A stretch of DNA of 64,000 nt from Clostridia bacterium (GTDB lineage Bacteria > Bacillota > Clostridia > Monoglobales > Firm-18): assembly GCA_045541135.1 (NCBI GenBank), contig JAZQIO010000028.1:104854-168853 (forward strand), given 5' to 3'. Positions within the stretch are counted from its first letter, which is position 1; each line of letters begins with the position of its first letter. A program made the position numbers and the translations under genes. A model generated the notes under the pieces. It searched no databases and was not told the origin of the DNA. It saw only the letters and a list, made by a program, of their open reading frames with translations. Below, one piece after another: positions 53,026 through 62,295 of this stretch.

Positions 53026-53821
53026 ATGGACGGTTCAAGAGTAATACTTTCTGCTCATAGGGGTGACAGACTAAAATATCCGGAAAACACTCTTCCTGCC
53101 TTTAGTGCAGCTTTGGATTTTGGCGTTGATAGTTGATATGATTGAAACAGATATACGAATGACCAAAGATAATGAGCTTGTAATCATACATGACAGAAGT
53201 GCACTTCGAACAACGGGAGTCGATAAAAATATTGATGAAATGACTTTAGATGAAGTCAAAAAAATAAATGCCGGATTTTCATTTAATCCTGATGTTCATG
53301 CGGAAATACCAACAGTAAAAGAATTTTTAGACCTTATAAAAGGCTCAAATATATTGGTAAATTGGGAAATCAAAGTTTATCCAAAGGACTTTGGAGAAGA
53401 AATCACATACGAAGTAACAGACAAGCTTATAAAGCTCATTGAAGAATATGATATGACAAAATATTCTATGATAAATTCTTTCAGTAAAAAAACATTAGAA
53501 TACATAAAAAAGAAATACGGGAACAAATTTCCGCTTCACGGTCAGGGTATTCACAATTGTCCCAAGAGCAATGATGAAAGTGAAACAAAAGATTATGAAT
53601 TATTCGACTGGTGCTGTCTATGGGCAGAAAAACCAAAAACAAAACCGATTGATTATAAGGAAAATTTCGATTACTGCATTAAAAACAATGTCATACCTTG
53701 TGTTTGTATTCCCGACACCTTGGAAGATTATAAAAAAGCCATAGATTACGGATGCAAAATGTTTACATCAAACGACATATACAGTGCCGATGAAATCTTG
53801 AAAAAATTAGGTGTAAGATAA
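53026..53821 (+). pseudogene. Glycerophosphodiester phosphodiesterase, frameshifted by a 7-bp tandem duplication
   Basis: ATG 53026 gives MDGSRVILSAHRGDRLKYPENTLPAF..ALDFGVD, then stop. GTTGATA is duplicated at 53125-53138; removing one copy restores GVDMIETDIR and a 262-aa ORF. Confidence 0.9.
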
Positions 53822-53861
53822 AAAAAGCCGAAACATCAACATCTTGTGTTTCGGCTTTTTT
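53821..53861. terminator. Bidirectional terminator
   Basis: Stem AAAAAAGCCGAAACA / TGTTTCGGCTTTTTT. Confidence 0.85.
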
Positions 53862-53863
53862 AA

Positions 53864-55063
53864 TTACCATTCTATTTCTATAACAATCGGCTCATTTTCC
53901 AAATCATCAATCGGAATGTTTGTAATATGCAGATACTCGGCATCACATTTACCTGTTTCGATATCAAAGAAACCGGGCAAAAGATCAACAGCAAAAGGAA
54001 GCTCTTCACCTGTATTCAATAGACGGACTTTTTTGGGAAGTCCGGGATATTTCTTAAGGTTTACTGCACTTGAATAAATACCCTCATAGAAATTGAAATA
54101 TGACTTATTATTCTTTTTATTAACAATGCACTTATGTACCATAACTTCATAGTCGAATTCATCAGCTACAACATTTTCAAGACTGCATTCCATATTATTG
54201 TACCATTTTCCGACTCTTTCAATTATGCTCTTTGACTTTTCGTCAATTGTTCCGTCTGACATCGGACCCACATTCAAAAGATAGCTACCTCCCATAGACA
54301 TTATGTGGTCAATAGAGCAAGTAAGGTAACGTATTGAATGATAATCTTCCGTTTCGCGATAACCCCAGCTTTGTTCACCGACAGAGTTACACGCCTCAGT
54401 CATTTTTTCAAAGCGTTGTACACCTGAAATATCGTCAAGTTCTCTTTCAGGAGTTGAAAAATCCCCTTCATCATATCCACGGTTATTAACAAAGATACCC
54501 GGTTGTAATTTACGTACCAGTTCATTGATGCTCTTATCTTCTATTTTAGGCGGAATGTCCCAGAATAATGTATAAATTTCACCATAGTTTGTAAGAAGTT
54601 CCGTAATTTGATTTTTTACAAATTCACGATATTTTTCAGTATCAACATTTTCCTTGTTAACAGATTTCCACTGATGTGTTGAATTTGGATTATATCCATA
54701 TTCATGATGCCAATCAGGGCAGGAATAGTAAAAAGAAAGTTTCATACCGTGCTTTTTGCAGGCATCAGCAAGCATTTTTACAACATCTTTACCGTAAGGT
54801 GTGTTCATAATGTTATAATCTGTGTACTTCGTATCCCACATACAAAAACCGTCGTGGTGTTTTGTTGTGAAACAAATATACTTCATACCAGCTTTTTTAG
54901 CAAGCAAAACCCATTCTTCGGGATTATAATTTACAGGATTAAAAGTGTGCATATATTTTTCATACTCTTTATTATCCATATCAAAACGTGCAATTGCCTG
55001 TTCCTGTAATTTTAATTGAGAGTAAAACCCCCAATGTATAAACATGCCAAAAATATTATTCAT
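53864..55063 (-). CDS. Alpha-L-fucosidase (GH29), cytoplasmic
   Basis: FGMFIHWG, AGMKY...TTKHHDGF.MW, YYS.PDWHH, LFWD nucleophile region, NNRG, LLNVGP. Confidence 0.92.
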   Translation of the reverse strand: MNNIFGMFIHWGFYSQLKLQEQAIARFDMDNKEYEKYMHTFNPVNYNPEEWVLLAKKAGMKYICFTTKHHDGFCMWDTKYTDYNIMNTPYGKDVVKMLADACKKHGMKLSFYYSCPDWHHEYGYNPNSTHQWKSVNKENVDTEKYREFVKNQITELLTNYGEIYTLFWDIPPKIEDKSINELVRKLQPGIFVNNRGYDEGDFSTPERELDDISGVQRFEKMTEACNSVGEQSWGYRETEDYHSIRYLTCSIDHIMSMGGSYLLNVGPMSDGTIDEKSKSIIERVGKWYNNMECSLENVVADEFDYEVMVHKCIVNKKNNKSYFNFYEGIYSSAVNLKKYPGLPKKVRLLNTGEELPFAVDLLPGFFDIETGKCDAEYLHITNIPIDDLENEPIVIEIEW

Positions 55064-55685
55064 TATTATTTTCTCCTATTTTCTTTTCATTATACATTTT
55101 CGAATATATACAGCCACAGTAGTTTTGTCTGTACAGATTAAACTGTTCGGATAGTTCGCATGAACGTTTATATCCGTTTTTCTTTTTAAAATCCGAGTAC
55201 AAGTATTCAACGCCGTATTCTTTTGCAAGTTCTCCACCTATTTCATTAAGCTTTGCAGCATTTTTGTGTGGACTGATGGAAAGTGTTGTTGTAACAAAGT
55301 CAAAACCGTTATCTTTTGCATATTTAACAGATTTTTCAAGTCTTAGTTTATAGCAATTAAAACATCTTGTCATACCTTCAGGTAAATCTGCGTATGCTTT
55401 CGCAACAGCTTCAAAATTTTCGTTATCGTACTCTTCCACCACTATTTTTACATTAAGTTTCATTTCCGAAACAAGTCTTTTTAGTTCATCGGCACGAAAT
55501 TCAAACTCACTGTACGGATAAATATTTGGATTGTAAAAATACAAAGTGATGTCGAAATAAGTGCTTAGGTATTCTAAAACATAGCTTGAACAAGGTGCAC
55601 AGCAAGCATGTAAAAGCAATTTTGGTTTTGTATTATCTAATTTTTTTAATATATCTTCAAGCATTTTTTGGTAATTTACACTCAT
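55056..55685 (-). CDS. queH: Epoxyqueuosine reductase
   Basis: LLHACCAPCS, FYNPNI, RC..CY.LRL, TTTLSISPHK, YRQNYCGC. Confidence 0.95.
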   Translation of the reverse strand: MSVNYQKMLEDILKKLDNTKPKLLLHACCAPCSSYVLEYLSTYFDITLYFYNPNIYPYSEFEFRADELKRLVSEMKLNVKIVVEEYDNENFEAVAKAYADLPEGMTRCFNCYKLRLEKSVKYAKDNGFDFVTTTLSISPHKNAAKLNEIGGELAKEYGVEYLYSDFKKKNGYKRSCELSEQFNLYRQNYCGCIYSKMYNEKKIGENNNE

Positions 55686-55836
55686 ATCATATCTCCGTTT
55701 TATACAAGTAAGAAAATATTTTTTCGTTCATCATACCACAAATAAATAGCTAATGCAAGTATTAATCGTACATTTACATATACTAATCGTACGCTTATAC
55801 AAAAAAAGGGACAATGTCAAAACATTGTCCTCAGTT

Positions 55837-56505
55837 CTACTTAAATGATGGTTTCGTAACATTTATTTCTTTTTCTTTGTCAGGTGAATTTGACGGCTCA
55901 GACATACTGAAAAACATTTTTGCAGCTTTTGTCGTTCCAAAATCACGGTTTGAGCCGGTTTCCTGAACCTTATTAAAAGCATCACGAAACATCTGGTTAT
56001 GGGCTTCTTCACGATTCAACAGAAAATCTATTGTTTCCTTTACTTTTTTGTCATCAATTTGTCTGTACAGATACTCATAAACAACCTTTGCACGCTGTTC
56101 CGATGCTATATTGGAAAGCAAGTCTGCACATAGGTCACCTGTCACGGTAACATAGTCTGCTGTCCATGAATAACCCGATGAATTTATAAGTCCGGGATTA
56201 AGACCGAGTTGTACATGAGTCTGTATTTCACCTGCAGGAACTTTTGTTGCATCAACATCATGACCGTTCAATAAATTAATTGTCTGTGCAACCATTTCCA
56301 TATGACCAAGTTCTTCTGCGGCAATATCCAAAAACAAGTCCTTTATTTCAGGGTCTTTAATCCTGAAGCTTTGTGACATATACTGCATAGCCGCCTTTAG
56401 TTCACCATTTCCCCCTCCAAGTTGTTCCTGTAAAAGAACAGCATATTGAGGATTCGGTCTTTCAACCGCAACGGGATGGAATAACTGTTTTTCGTGTTTA
56501 AACAT
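55837..56505 (-). CDS. Manganese catalase family protein
   Basis: EQLGG..GEL.AAMQY, DIAAEELGHMEM, DL.SNIASEQRA, REEAH. Confidence 0.93.
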   Translation of the reverse strand: MFKHEKQLFHPVAVERPNPQYAVLLQEQLGGGNGELKAAMQYMSQSFRIKDPEIKDLFLDIAAEELGHMEMVAQTINLLNGHDVDATKVPAGEIQTHVQLGLNPGLINSSGYSWTADYVTVTGDLCADLLSNIASEQRAKVVYEYLYRQIDDKKVKETIDFLLNREEAHNQMFRDAFNKVQETGSNRDFGTTKAAKMFFSMSEPSNSPDKEKEINVTKPSFK

Positions 56506-56536
56506 AACAATACCTCACTTTTGAAAAATGTAACAA

Positions 56537-56565
56537 TATTATTTCCCAAAAATGCGATAGTATGC
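56537..56565 (-). promoter_or_regulatory. Possible forespore (sigma-F/G-type) promoter of the Mn catalase
   Basis: Minus strand GCATA-17 bp-AATAATA, preceded by GGG. Confidence 0.35.
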
Positions 56566-56610
56566 ACAAGCCATAAAAATGTCATACAAATTGCAAACAC
56601 AAAATTCAAT

Positions 56611-57915
56611 CTATTTCTTTTTTGTGAATCCGATTGCTACAAGTGAGCTTATGCATAGAAAATACGGATAAAAAAGCTTTGGTATTATATCAAATGCAGA
56701 GATCTGTGTACCAAGTGCAGTAACAGCTGAAATTGCAACAAGCATTTGTGCACCATATGGCAAAATTGCCTGGAACACGCAGGAAAAAGTATCTAAAATT
56801 GATGCAGCTTTTTTTGATGAAATGCCATAATCCTTTGCAATTTCATTAGCAATGGGATTTGCCATAACAATTGCAACAGTATTATTTGCAGTTGCAATAT
56901 CCAACACTCCTACAAGAGCGCCCATACCTACCTGACCACCCTTTTTACCGCGGAAAACTCTTTTGATTCCTGCAAGCAGAGCATCGAAACCTCCATATTC
57001 ACGAATCAAAGCACAAATAGCTGAAACCAAAACGGTAACAATTATTGTTTCAAACATTCCTGAAGCACCTGAGCCCATATTTCCAAGAAGCTCCGTAAAC
57101 TGAGTGCTTCCTGTAAACATCATTATAAATGAACCGGATATAATGCCAATTAAAAGAACAACAAATACATTTATACCTGCAATACCGCCTATTAAAACAA
57201 GTATGTAAGGTATTATCTGTACAAGATTATAATCATTTACAACAGTACCGTTAATTTCCGTATTAAATGACATTATCAATATTATAATTAAAGAAACCAA
57301 TGCCGCAGGCAAAGCAATAAAGAAGTTTTCCTTAAACTTATCTCGCATTTTACAGCCCTGACCGTTACAAGCGGCAATTGTAGTATCTGATATGAAAGAT
57401 AAATTATCGCCAAACATCGAACCACCAATTACCGATGCTACACAAAGAGATATATCAAAGCCTGACGCCCTTGAAACTGCAACCGCAATTGGAGTTATAA
57501 GTGTTATTGTACCTACAGATGTACCCATTGCAAGTGACACAAAACAGCTTACTACAAAAAGAACCACAACGGCATACTGTGCAGGAATTATTGAAAGCAT
57601 AAAATACGCAACACTTTCTGCACTTTCTCTGCCTACAACACCTACAAAAATGCCAGCTGTAAGGAATATAAGTATCATCGTGAAAATATTTTTATCTCCG
57701 ACACCACGTCCCATAATTTCAAGCTTTTCATCAAATTTTACTTTTCTGTTCTGAAGACACGCAACCAAAAGTGCAACCAAAAAAGCCACTACTATTGGTA
57801 TATTATAAAATCCCATAGGTATTTTCATAACATACTCAAATAAAATACCAACTCCTAAATACAACACTAAAAATATTCCTATTGGAAGCAAAGCTATAAC
57901 ATTTCCTTTTTTCAT
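56611..57915 (-). CDS. NhaC-family Na+/H+ antiporter / amino-acid transporter
   Basis: SLAMGTSVGTI, GSMFGDNLSFISDTTIAA, ANNTVAI, LPYGAQML. Confidence 0.9.
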   Translation of the reverse strand: MKKGNVIALLPIGIFLVLYLGVGILFEYVMKIPMGFYNIPIVVAFLVALLVACLQNRKVKFDEKLEIMGRGVGDKNIFTMILIFLTAGIFVGVVGRESAESVAYFMLSIIPAQYAVVVLFVVSCFVSLAMGTSVGTITLITPIAVAVSRASGFDISLCVASVIGGSMFGDNLSFISDTTIAACNGQGCKMRDKFKENFFIALPAALVSLIIILIMSFNTEINGTVVNDYNLVQIIPYILVLIGGIAGINVFVVLLIGIISGSFIMMFTGSTQFTELLGNMGSGASGMFETIIVTVLVSAICALIREYGGFDALLAGIKRVFRGKKGGQVGMGALVGVLDIATANNTVAIVMANPIANEIAKDYGISSKKAASILDTFSCVFQAILPYGAQMLVAISAVTALGTQISAFDIIPKLFYPYFLCISSLVAIGFTKKK

Positions 57916-58043
57916 TTATTTTCTCCTTTATTAAAATTCCGTTTTTTTATTATAGCATTTTGCATTTCTTTTTGCAAGTCACAATAATACAATAAAAATA
58001 TCACAATAACATAATTTTAAGAATTATATAATGTTATAATTAA

Positions 58044-58613
<570 letters not shown>

Positions 58614-58627
58614 TTGAGGTGTTGACT

Positions 58628-59581
58628 ATGAAAAAATACGATGTAACTTCACTTGGTGAAATATTAATAGACTTTACATACCACAGTGTTTCTGAAAACG
58701 GTGCTTCACTTTTTGAACAAAACCCCGGCGGTGCTGTAGCAAATTTACTTGCGGCAGTTCAAAAGCTTGGTGGCAAAACTGCTTTTATCGGCAAAGTTGG
58801 TAATGATATGCACGGTTTATTTTTAAAGGACGTTGTAGAAAAGGCCGGTGTTTCAACCGAAGGAATGATTATTGACGACAACTTCTTTACAACGCTTGCA
58901 TTTGTAAACCTTTCACCGTCAGGTGAGCGTAGCTTTTCATTTGCAAGAAAGCCCGGTGCCGATACACAAATTTCAAAAGATGATATTAATTACGACTTAA
59001 TTAAAGACTCAAAAATATTCCACATCGGCTCACTTTCAATGACAGACGAGCCTGCATGCACAGCTACATTTGAAGCATTGGAATTTGCAAAGAAAAATGG
59101 TCTTATAGTTTCTTATGACCCCAATTACAGAAAGATGCTGTGGAAAGACGAAGAAACCGCAATAAAAGGCATGCGTGCTATTTTGGGATATGTAGATATC
59201 ATCAAAATTTCCGACGAGGAAATACATTTGCTTACAGACACCGACAACCCACAGGATGCGGCAAAAGAACTTATGGACAAGGGTATAGACTGTGTTGTGG
59301 TTACACTTGGCAGCAAAGGTGCATACGTTGCAACAAGAGATGCTGACGTAACCTCACCGTGCCCTAAAGGTAAGGTTGTAGATACCACAGGCGCAGGAGA
59401 TTCCTTTATGGGTGCATTCCTTTACAAAATGTCACAGGACAACAAAAAGCCCTGTGAGCTTACAAAAGAAGATATTACAGAGTATGCAGAATTTGCAAAC
59501 AAGGTTGCTACAATAGTTGTTGGCAGACGCGGTGCACTGAATTCTATGCCGTCTTTAGAAGAAGTTTTAAACTTTAAATAA
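58628..59581 (+). CDS. PfkB family carbohydrate kinase (fructokinase-like)
   Basis: GEILIDF, PGGAVAN, SYDPNYR, VDTTGAGDSF. Confidence 0.93.
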   Translation: MKKYDVTSLGEILIDFTYHSVSENGASLFEQNPGGAVANLLAAVQKLGGKTAFIGKVGNDMHGLFLKDVVEKAGVSTEGMIIDDNFFTTLAFVNLSPSGERSFSFARKPGADTQISKDDINYDLIKDSKIFHIGSLSMTDEPACTATFEALEFAKKNGLIVSYDPNYRKMLWKDEETAIKGMRAILGYVDIIKISDEEIHLLTDTDNPQDAAKELMDKGIDCVVVTLGSKGAYVATRDADVTSPCPKGKVVDTTGAGDSFMGAFLYKMSQDNKKPCELTKEDITEYAEFANKVATIVVGRRGALNSMPSLEEVLNFK

Positions 59582-59590
59582 TATACAAAA

Positions 59591-59882
59591 AGTGCTGAGC
59601 TTTGCTCAGCACTTCAGCGTGTCGATAAACCTATCGACACGCTGGCAGACTGCGAAAAAGGAAGTAATATTTTGTCAATTCAAATTCGTCGGCGTACGAT
59701 GGTACGGTAGAGTTTGAATTGGCAAAAAGCAAGTAATCCCAAGGAAAATTCAATGTTTTCCTTGGGATTTTATAATTTGATTTTGCGGACAGCCGAGGAC
59801 ATCTGTCCCTACAATGTAAAATTAATTACTTGCGTTAGAACGACTTTTTCGACGGTCTAGTGCTGAGCTTTGCTCAGCACTT
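59591..59882. mobile_element. Non-autonomous MITE-like insertion flanked by a 24-bp direct duplication of a terminator hairpin
   Basis: AGTGCTGAGCTTTGCTCAGCACTT occurs at 59591-59614 and 59859-59882. Between them lie a 30-bp palindrome and an element with imperfect TIRs (CAGACTGCGAAAAAG / CTTTTTCGACGGTCT). Confidence 0.75.
59786..59812 (-). repeat. GTAG-type REP-like palindrome
   Basis: Minus strand GTAG-GGACAGATGTCCTCGGCTGTCC-G: a GTAG tetranucleotide followed by an imperfect hairpin. Confidence 0.6.
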
Positions 59883-59901
59883 TTTATTACATGCAGAAAA
59901 A

Positions 59902-60933
59902 TCAATAAACTGATTCCGGATCAAAATATTCACCATTTATAAGAACTTCAAAATGTAAATGTGCACCTGTTGATGTTCCTGTATTCCCAACCGTACCTAT
60001 ATTTTGTCCTCTTATAACCTCATCGCCTTTTTTAACTAAAATATCTTGTGTAAGGCTTGAGTAAACTGTTTGAATATTGTCTCTTTCAATTATGACAAAA
60101 TAGCCTTTTTCAGCATTATATCCTGTTTCTGATACTGTTCCGTACATAGAAGCTTTTACATTTGTCCCCTCTGCAGCAGCAATATCAACACCATTATGCT
60201 TAATTACGGTATTAGTTACAGGATGTTTCCTTTCACCAAAAGGATTGGAAATTTTTCCATCACAAGGCCATACAAATCCCTGTGATACAAACGCGGATGT
60301 GCTTTCTCCGTTTACTGTAAACATAAAGTCAAATATTCCTGTGTTATTTCTTATACCAAGTCCACGGTTAAGCATATAATCAATATATGTGTACGGAACA
60401 TAAGTTTTATCACCAACCAAAACAGGTTTTTCTTCAGGCAAAGTTAATTTCACCTTCATAACAGGATTATCACTTACATTTGTTATTCGCTGGTCCTTTG
60501 AGTTATTTACATCTATTGAATCACTGCCAATTTTAATTGTGTATGAAACTGTTTCTTTATTCACTGACTCTGCAACCTTAATATAAATAGTGCCGTTATC
60601 CCATAAAAGTTCATTTCCTTCAACGTCAAATACTCCCAATTTTTCAAAGGTTTCTCGTAATGGAAAATATATCATATTATCCTGTATAAAGGGTTTGTTT
60701 TCAAGAACGATAATTTTGCCGTTTGAATATAAGGTTATGGGTTCATTTGTTTCTTCACTGTTCAAAGCCGCCATTACAACAGTTGCACATAGAATTGTTA
60801 CAGCAATAAATATTGACATTACAAAGGACATTATTTTTGAAATTCTGCCACTTGAAGAGCGGATTTTTGAAAATCTTTTCTGCAGTTTTTTCTTATCCGT
60901 ACTCATTTTAGTTGTGTATAAGTTTTCCAACAT
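59902..60933 (-). CDS. Membrane-anchored stalk (Cu-amine-oxidase-N-like) + M23 peptidase protein carrying the missing C-terminal segment of BlaR1/M56
   Basis: N-terminal TTKMSTDKKKLQKRFSKI plus TM; PFIQDNMIYFPLR and KTYVP stalk motifs; M23 HNGVD and STGAHLHFEV. Confidence 0.85.
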   Translation of the reverse strand: MLENLYTTKMSTDKKKLQKRFSKIRSSSGRISKIMSFVMSIFIAVTILCATVVMAALNSEETNEPITLYSNGKIIVLENKPFIQDNMIYFPLRETFEKLGVFDVEGNELLWDNGTIYIKVAESVNKETVSYTIKIGSDSIDVNNSKDQRITNVSDNPVMKVKLTLPEEKPVLVGDKTYVPYTYIDYMLNRGLGIRNNTGIFDFMFTVNGESTSAFVSQGFVWPCDGKISNPFGERKHPVTNTVIKHNGVDIAAAEGTNVKASMYGTVSETGYNAEKGYFVIIERDNIQTVYSSLTQDILVKKGDEVIRGQNIGTVGNTGTSTGAHLHFEVLINGEYFDPESVY

Positions 60934-60948
60934 AATAAAATTGCCTCC

Positions 60949-61767
60949 TTACTGAGCTAAATCAAGAATTGTGTTCATATATATTTTTTGCTCTGTATCG
61001 GACATATTTTTTGTAACTGCCATATCACACGATATTTCACAAGCCTCGCTGATATTTGCACAAAGTAAATATGCAAGAGGATTAAACCAATGTACCGCAT
61101 TTACAAATATTGAAAACCATTTTATAATTAAATCTTTTCTTTTGTAGTGCGTCAGTTCATGCAGGAATACCATTCGCATATTTTCTTCCGGAATATCACG
61201 ACATGGAATGTAAATTGCAGGAAAGAAAACACCAACAAGCATAGGTGACTGAATATCATCTGACATTTTAATTTTTATGTATCTTTTTATATTCAATTGC
61301 TTTTTTACGTCATTAAGTATTTTATTTTCCCTTATTAAAACAGCATTTTTACGTTTACGAATGACGTAAACAACGTAACTGCATATAATTACAAGCAGAT
61401 AAATGCACATACCTACAAGCCATAAATATGCTAAATAATTAATATGAAGCTTCGGTTTTGCATTCACATTACTGTGTTCGTCAGGTGTTTCCTCTATTAC
61501 AACCATTCTCGGAGCCTCTTCCAAATTTTCAACAGTTTCAGTCTGAACAACGTAATTACGAGAAATAAATGGAAGCTTTTGAACATCTTTGGCAGGTATA
61601 AGCCTGTATATGGGAATAATCATTGTAAGCAATACTGCAATCCATACACAATACTGCCATTTTGCCGGAAATTTCTTTGCAGTAATTGGCTTTAAACAAA
61701 GAAGTATTGCCGTTAGCACAAAACCCAGAATACTTAATATTATTACTGTTTTAAAAACTTCAACCAT
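60949..61767 (-). CDS. M56 family (BlaR1/MecR1-like) metallopeptidase lacking the C-terminal TM/sensor
   Basis: N-terminal TMs, SPMLVG, HELTHYKRKD, HWFNP, CEISCD; ends at YMNTILDLAQ. Confidence 0.92.
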   Translation of the reverse strand: MVEVFKTVIILSILGFVLTAILLCLKPITAKKFPAKWQYCVWIAVLLTMIIPIYRLIPAKDVQKLPFISRNYVVQTETVENLEEAPRMVVIEETPDEHSNVNAKPKLHINYLAYLWLVGMCIYLLVIICSYVVYVIRKRKNAVLIRENKILNDVKKQLNIKRYIKIKMSDDIQSPMLVGVFFPAIYIPCRDIPEENMRMVFLHELTHYKRKDLIIKWFSIFVNAVHWFNPLAYLLCANISEACEISCDMAVTKNMSDTEQKIYMNTILDLAQ

Positions 61768-61771
61768 AATA

Positions 61772-62143
61772 TCACTCCAAATCGAACATTTTTTTCAAAT
61801 CTGACATATCTTCCTTTGAAAGCTTTTTGTTTTCATAGAGTGCCACAACAAGATTTTTAACAGAACCTTTATAAATCTTTGATAAGAAGTTTTCTGTTTC
61901 GCTTAAATCGTATTCACTTTGTTTAAGTTTTGGATAATACAGGTTAGTCTTTCCTTTTTTATCACAGGCAACAACCTCTTTTTTTAAAAGCCTTTGCAAA
62001 AATGTTGACACAGTTGAAGCTGTCCAATCATTTCCGTCAAGCTCTCTTACAACATCGGAAACTGTCATTGGCTTTTCAGACTTCCAGAGTATTCTCATAA
62101 TCTGATATTCAGAATCAGTTATTGTGTGTTTAACAGTTGACAT
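61772..62143 (-). CDS. BlaI/MecI/CopY family transcriptional repressor
   Basis: ITDSEYQIMRILW, W..STVSTFLQRLLKK, YYP, GSVKNLVVAL. Confidence 0.95.
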   Translation of the reverse strand: MSTVKHTITDSEYQIMRILWKSEKPMTVSDVVRELDGNDWTASTVSTFLQRLLKKEVVACDKKGKTNLYYPKLKQSEYDLSETENFLSKIYKGSVKNLVVALYENKKLSKEDMSDLKKMFDLE

Positions 62144-62186
62144 TATACATCCTCCTTATGTTACATAAGATTAATTTTAGTGTAAT

Positions 62187-62237
62187 TACACTTGTAGCTA
62201 CTACATTAAGTATAACAGGTGTAGCTACATTTGTCAA
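62187..62237 (-). promoter_or_regulatory. Sigma-A promoter with overlapping BlaI-type operators
   Basis: Minus strand TTGACA-17 bp-TATACT; TACA-nn-TGTA-like boxes at 62187-62196, 62214-62223 and 62226-62235. Confidence 0.75.
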
Positions 62238-62295
62238 GATAAAATTTCAAAAAGAAAAAGCTGAACAAACACAGTTGTTCAGCCTTATTAAAATA

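Noticed and set aside
53134-53136. Selenocysteine or stop read-through at the TGA in the GDPD gene
   Set aside because: The downstream coding sequence is in another frame; the 7-bp duplication fully explains the stop.
55686-55760. preQ1 riboswitch upstream of queH
   Set aside because: No preQ1 hairpin or A-rich pseudoknot pattern in the short leader.
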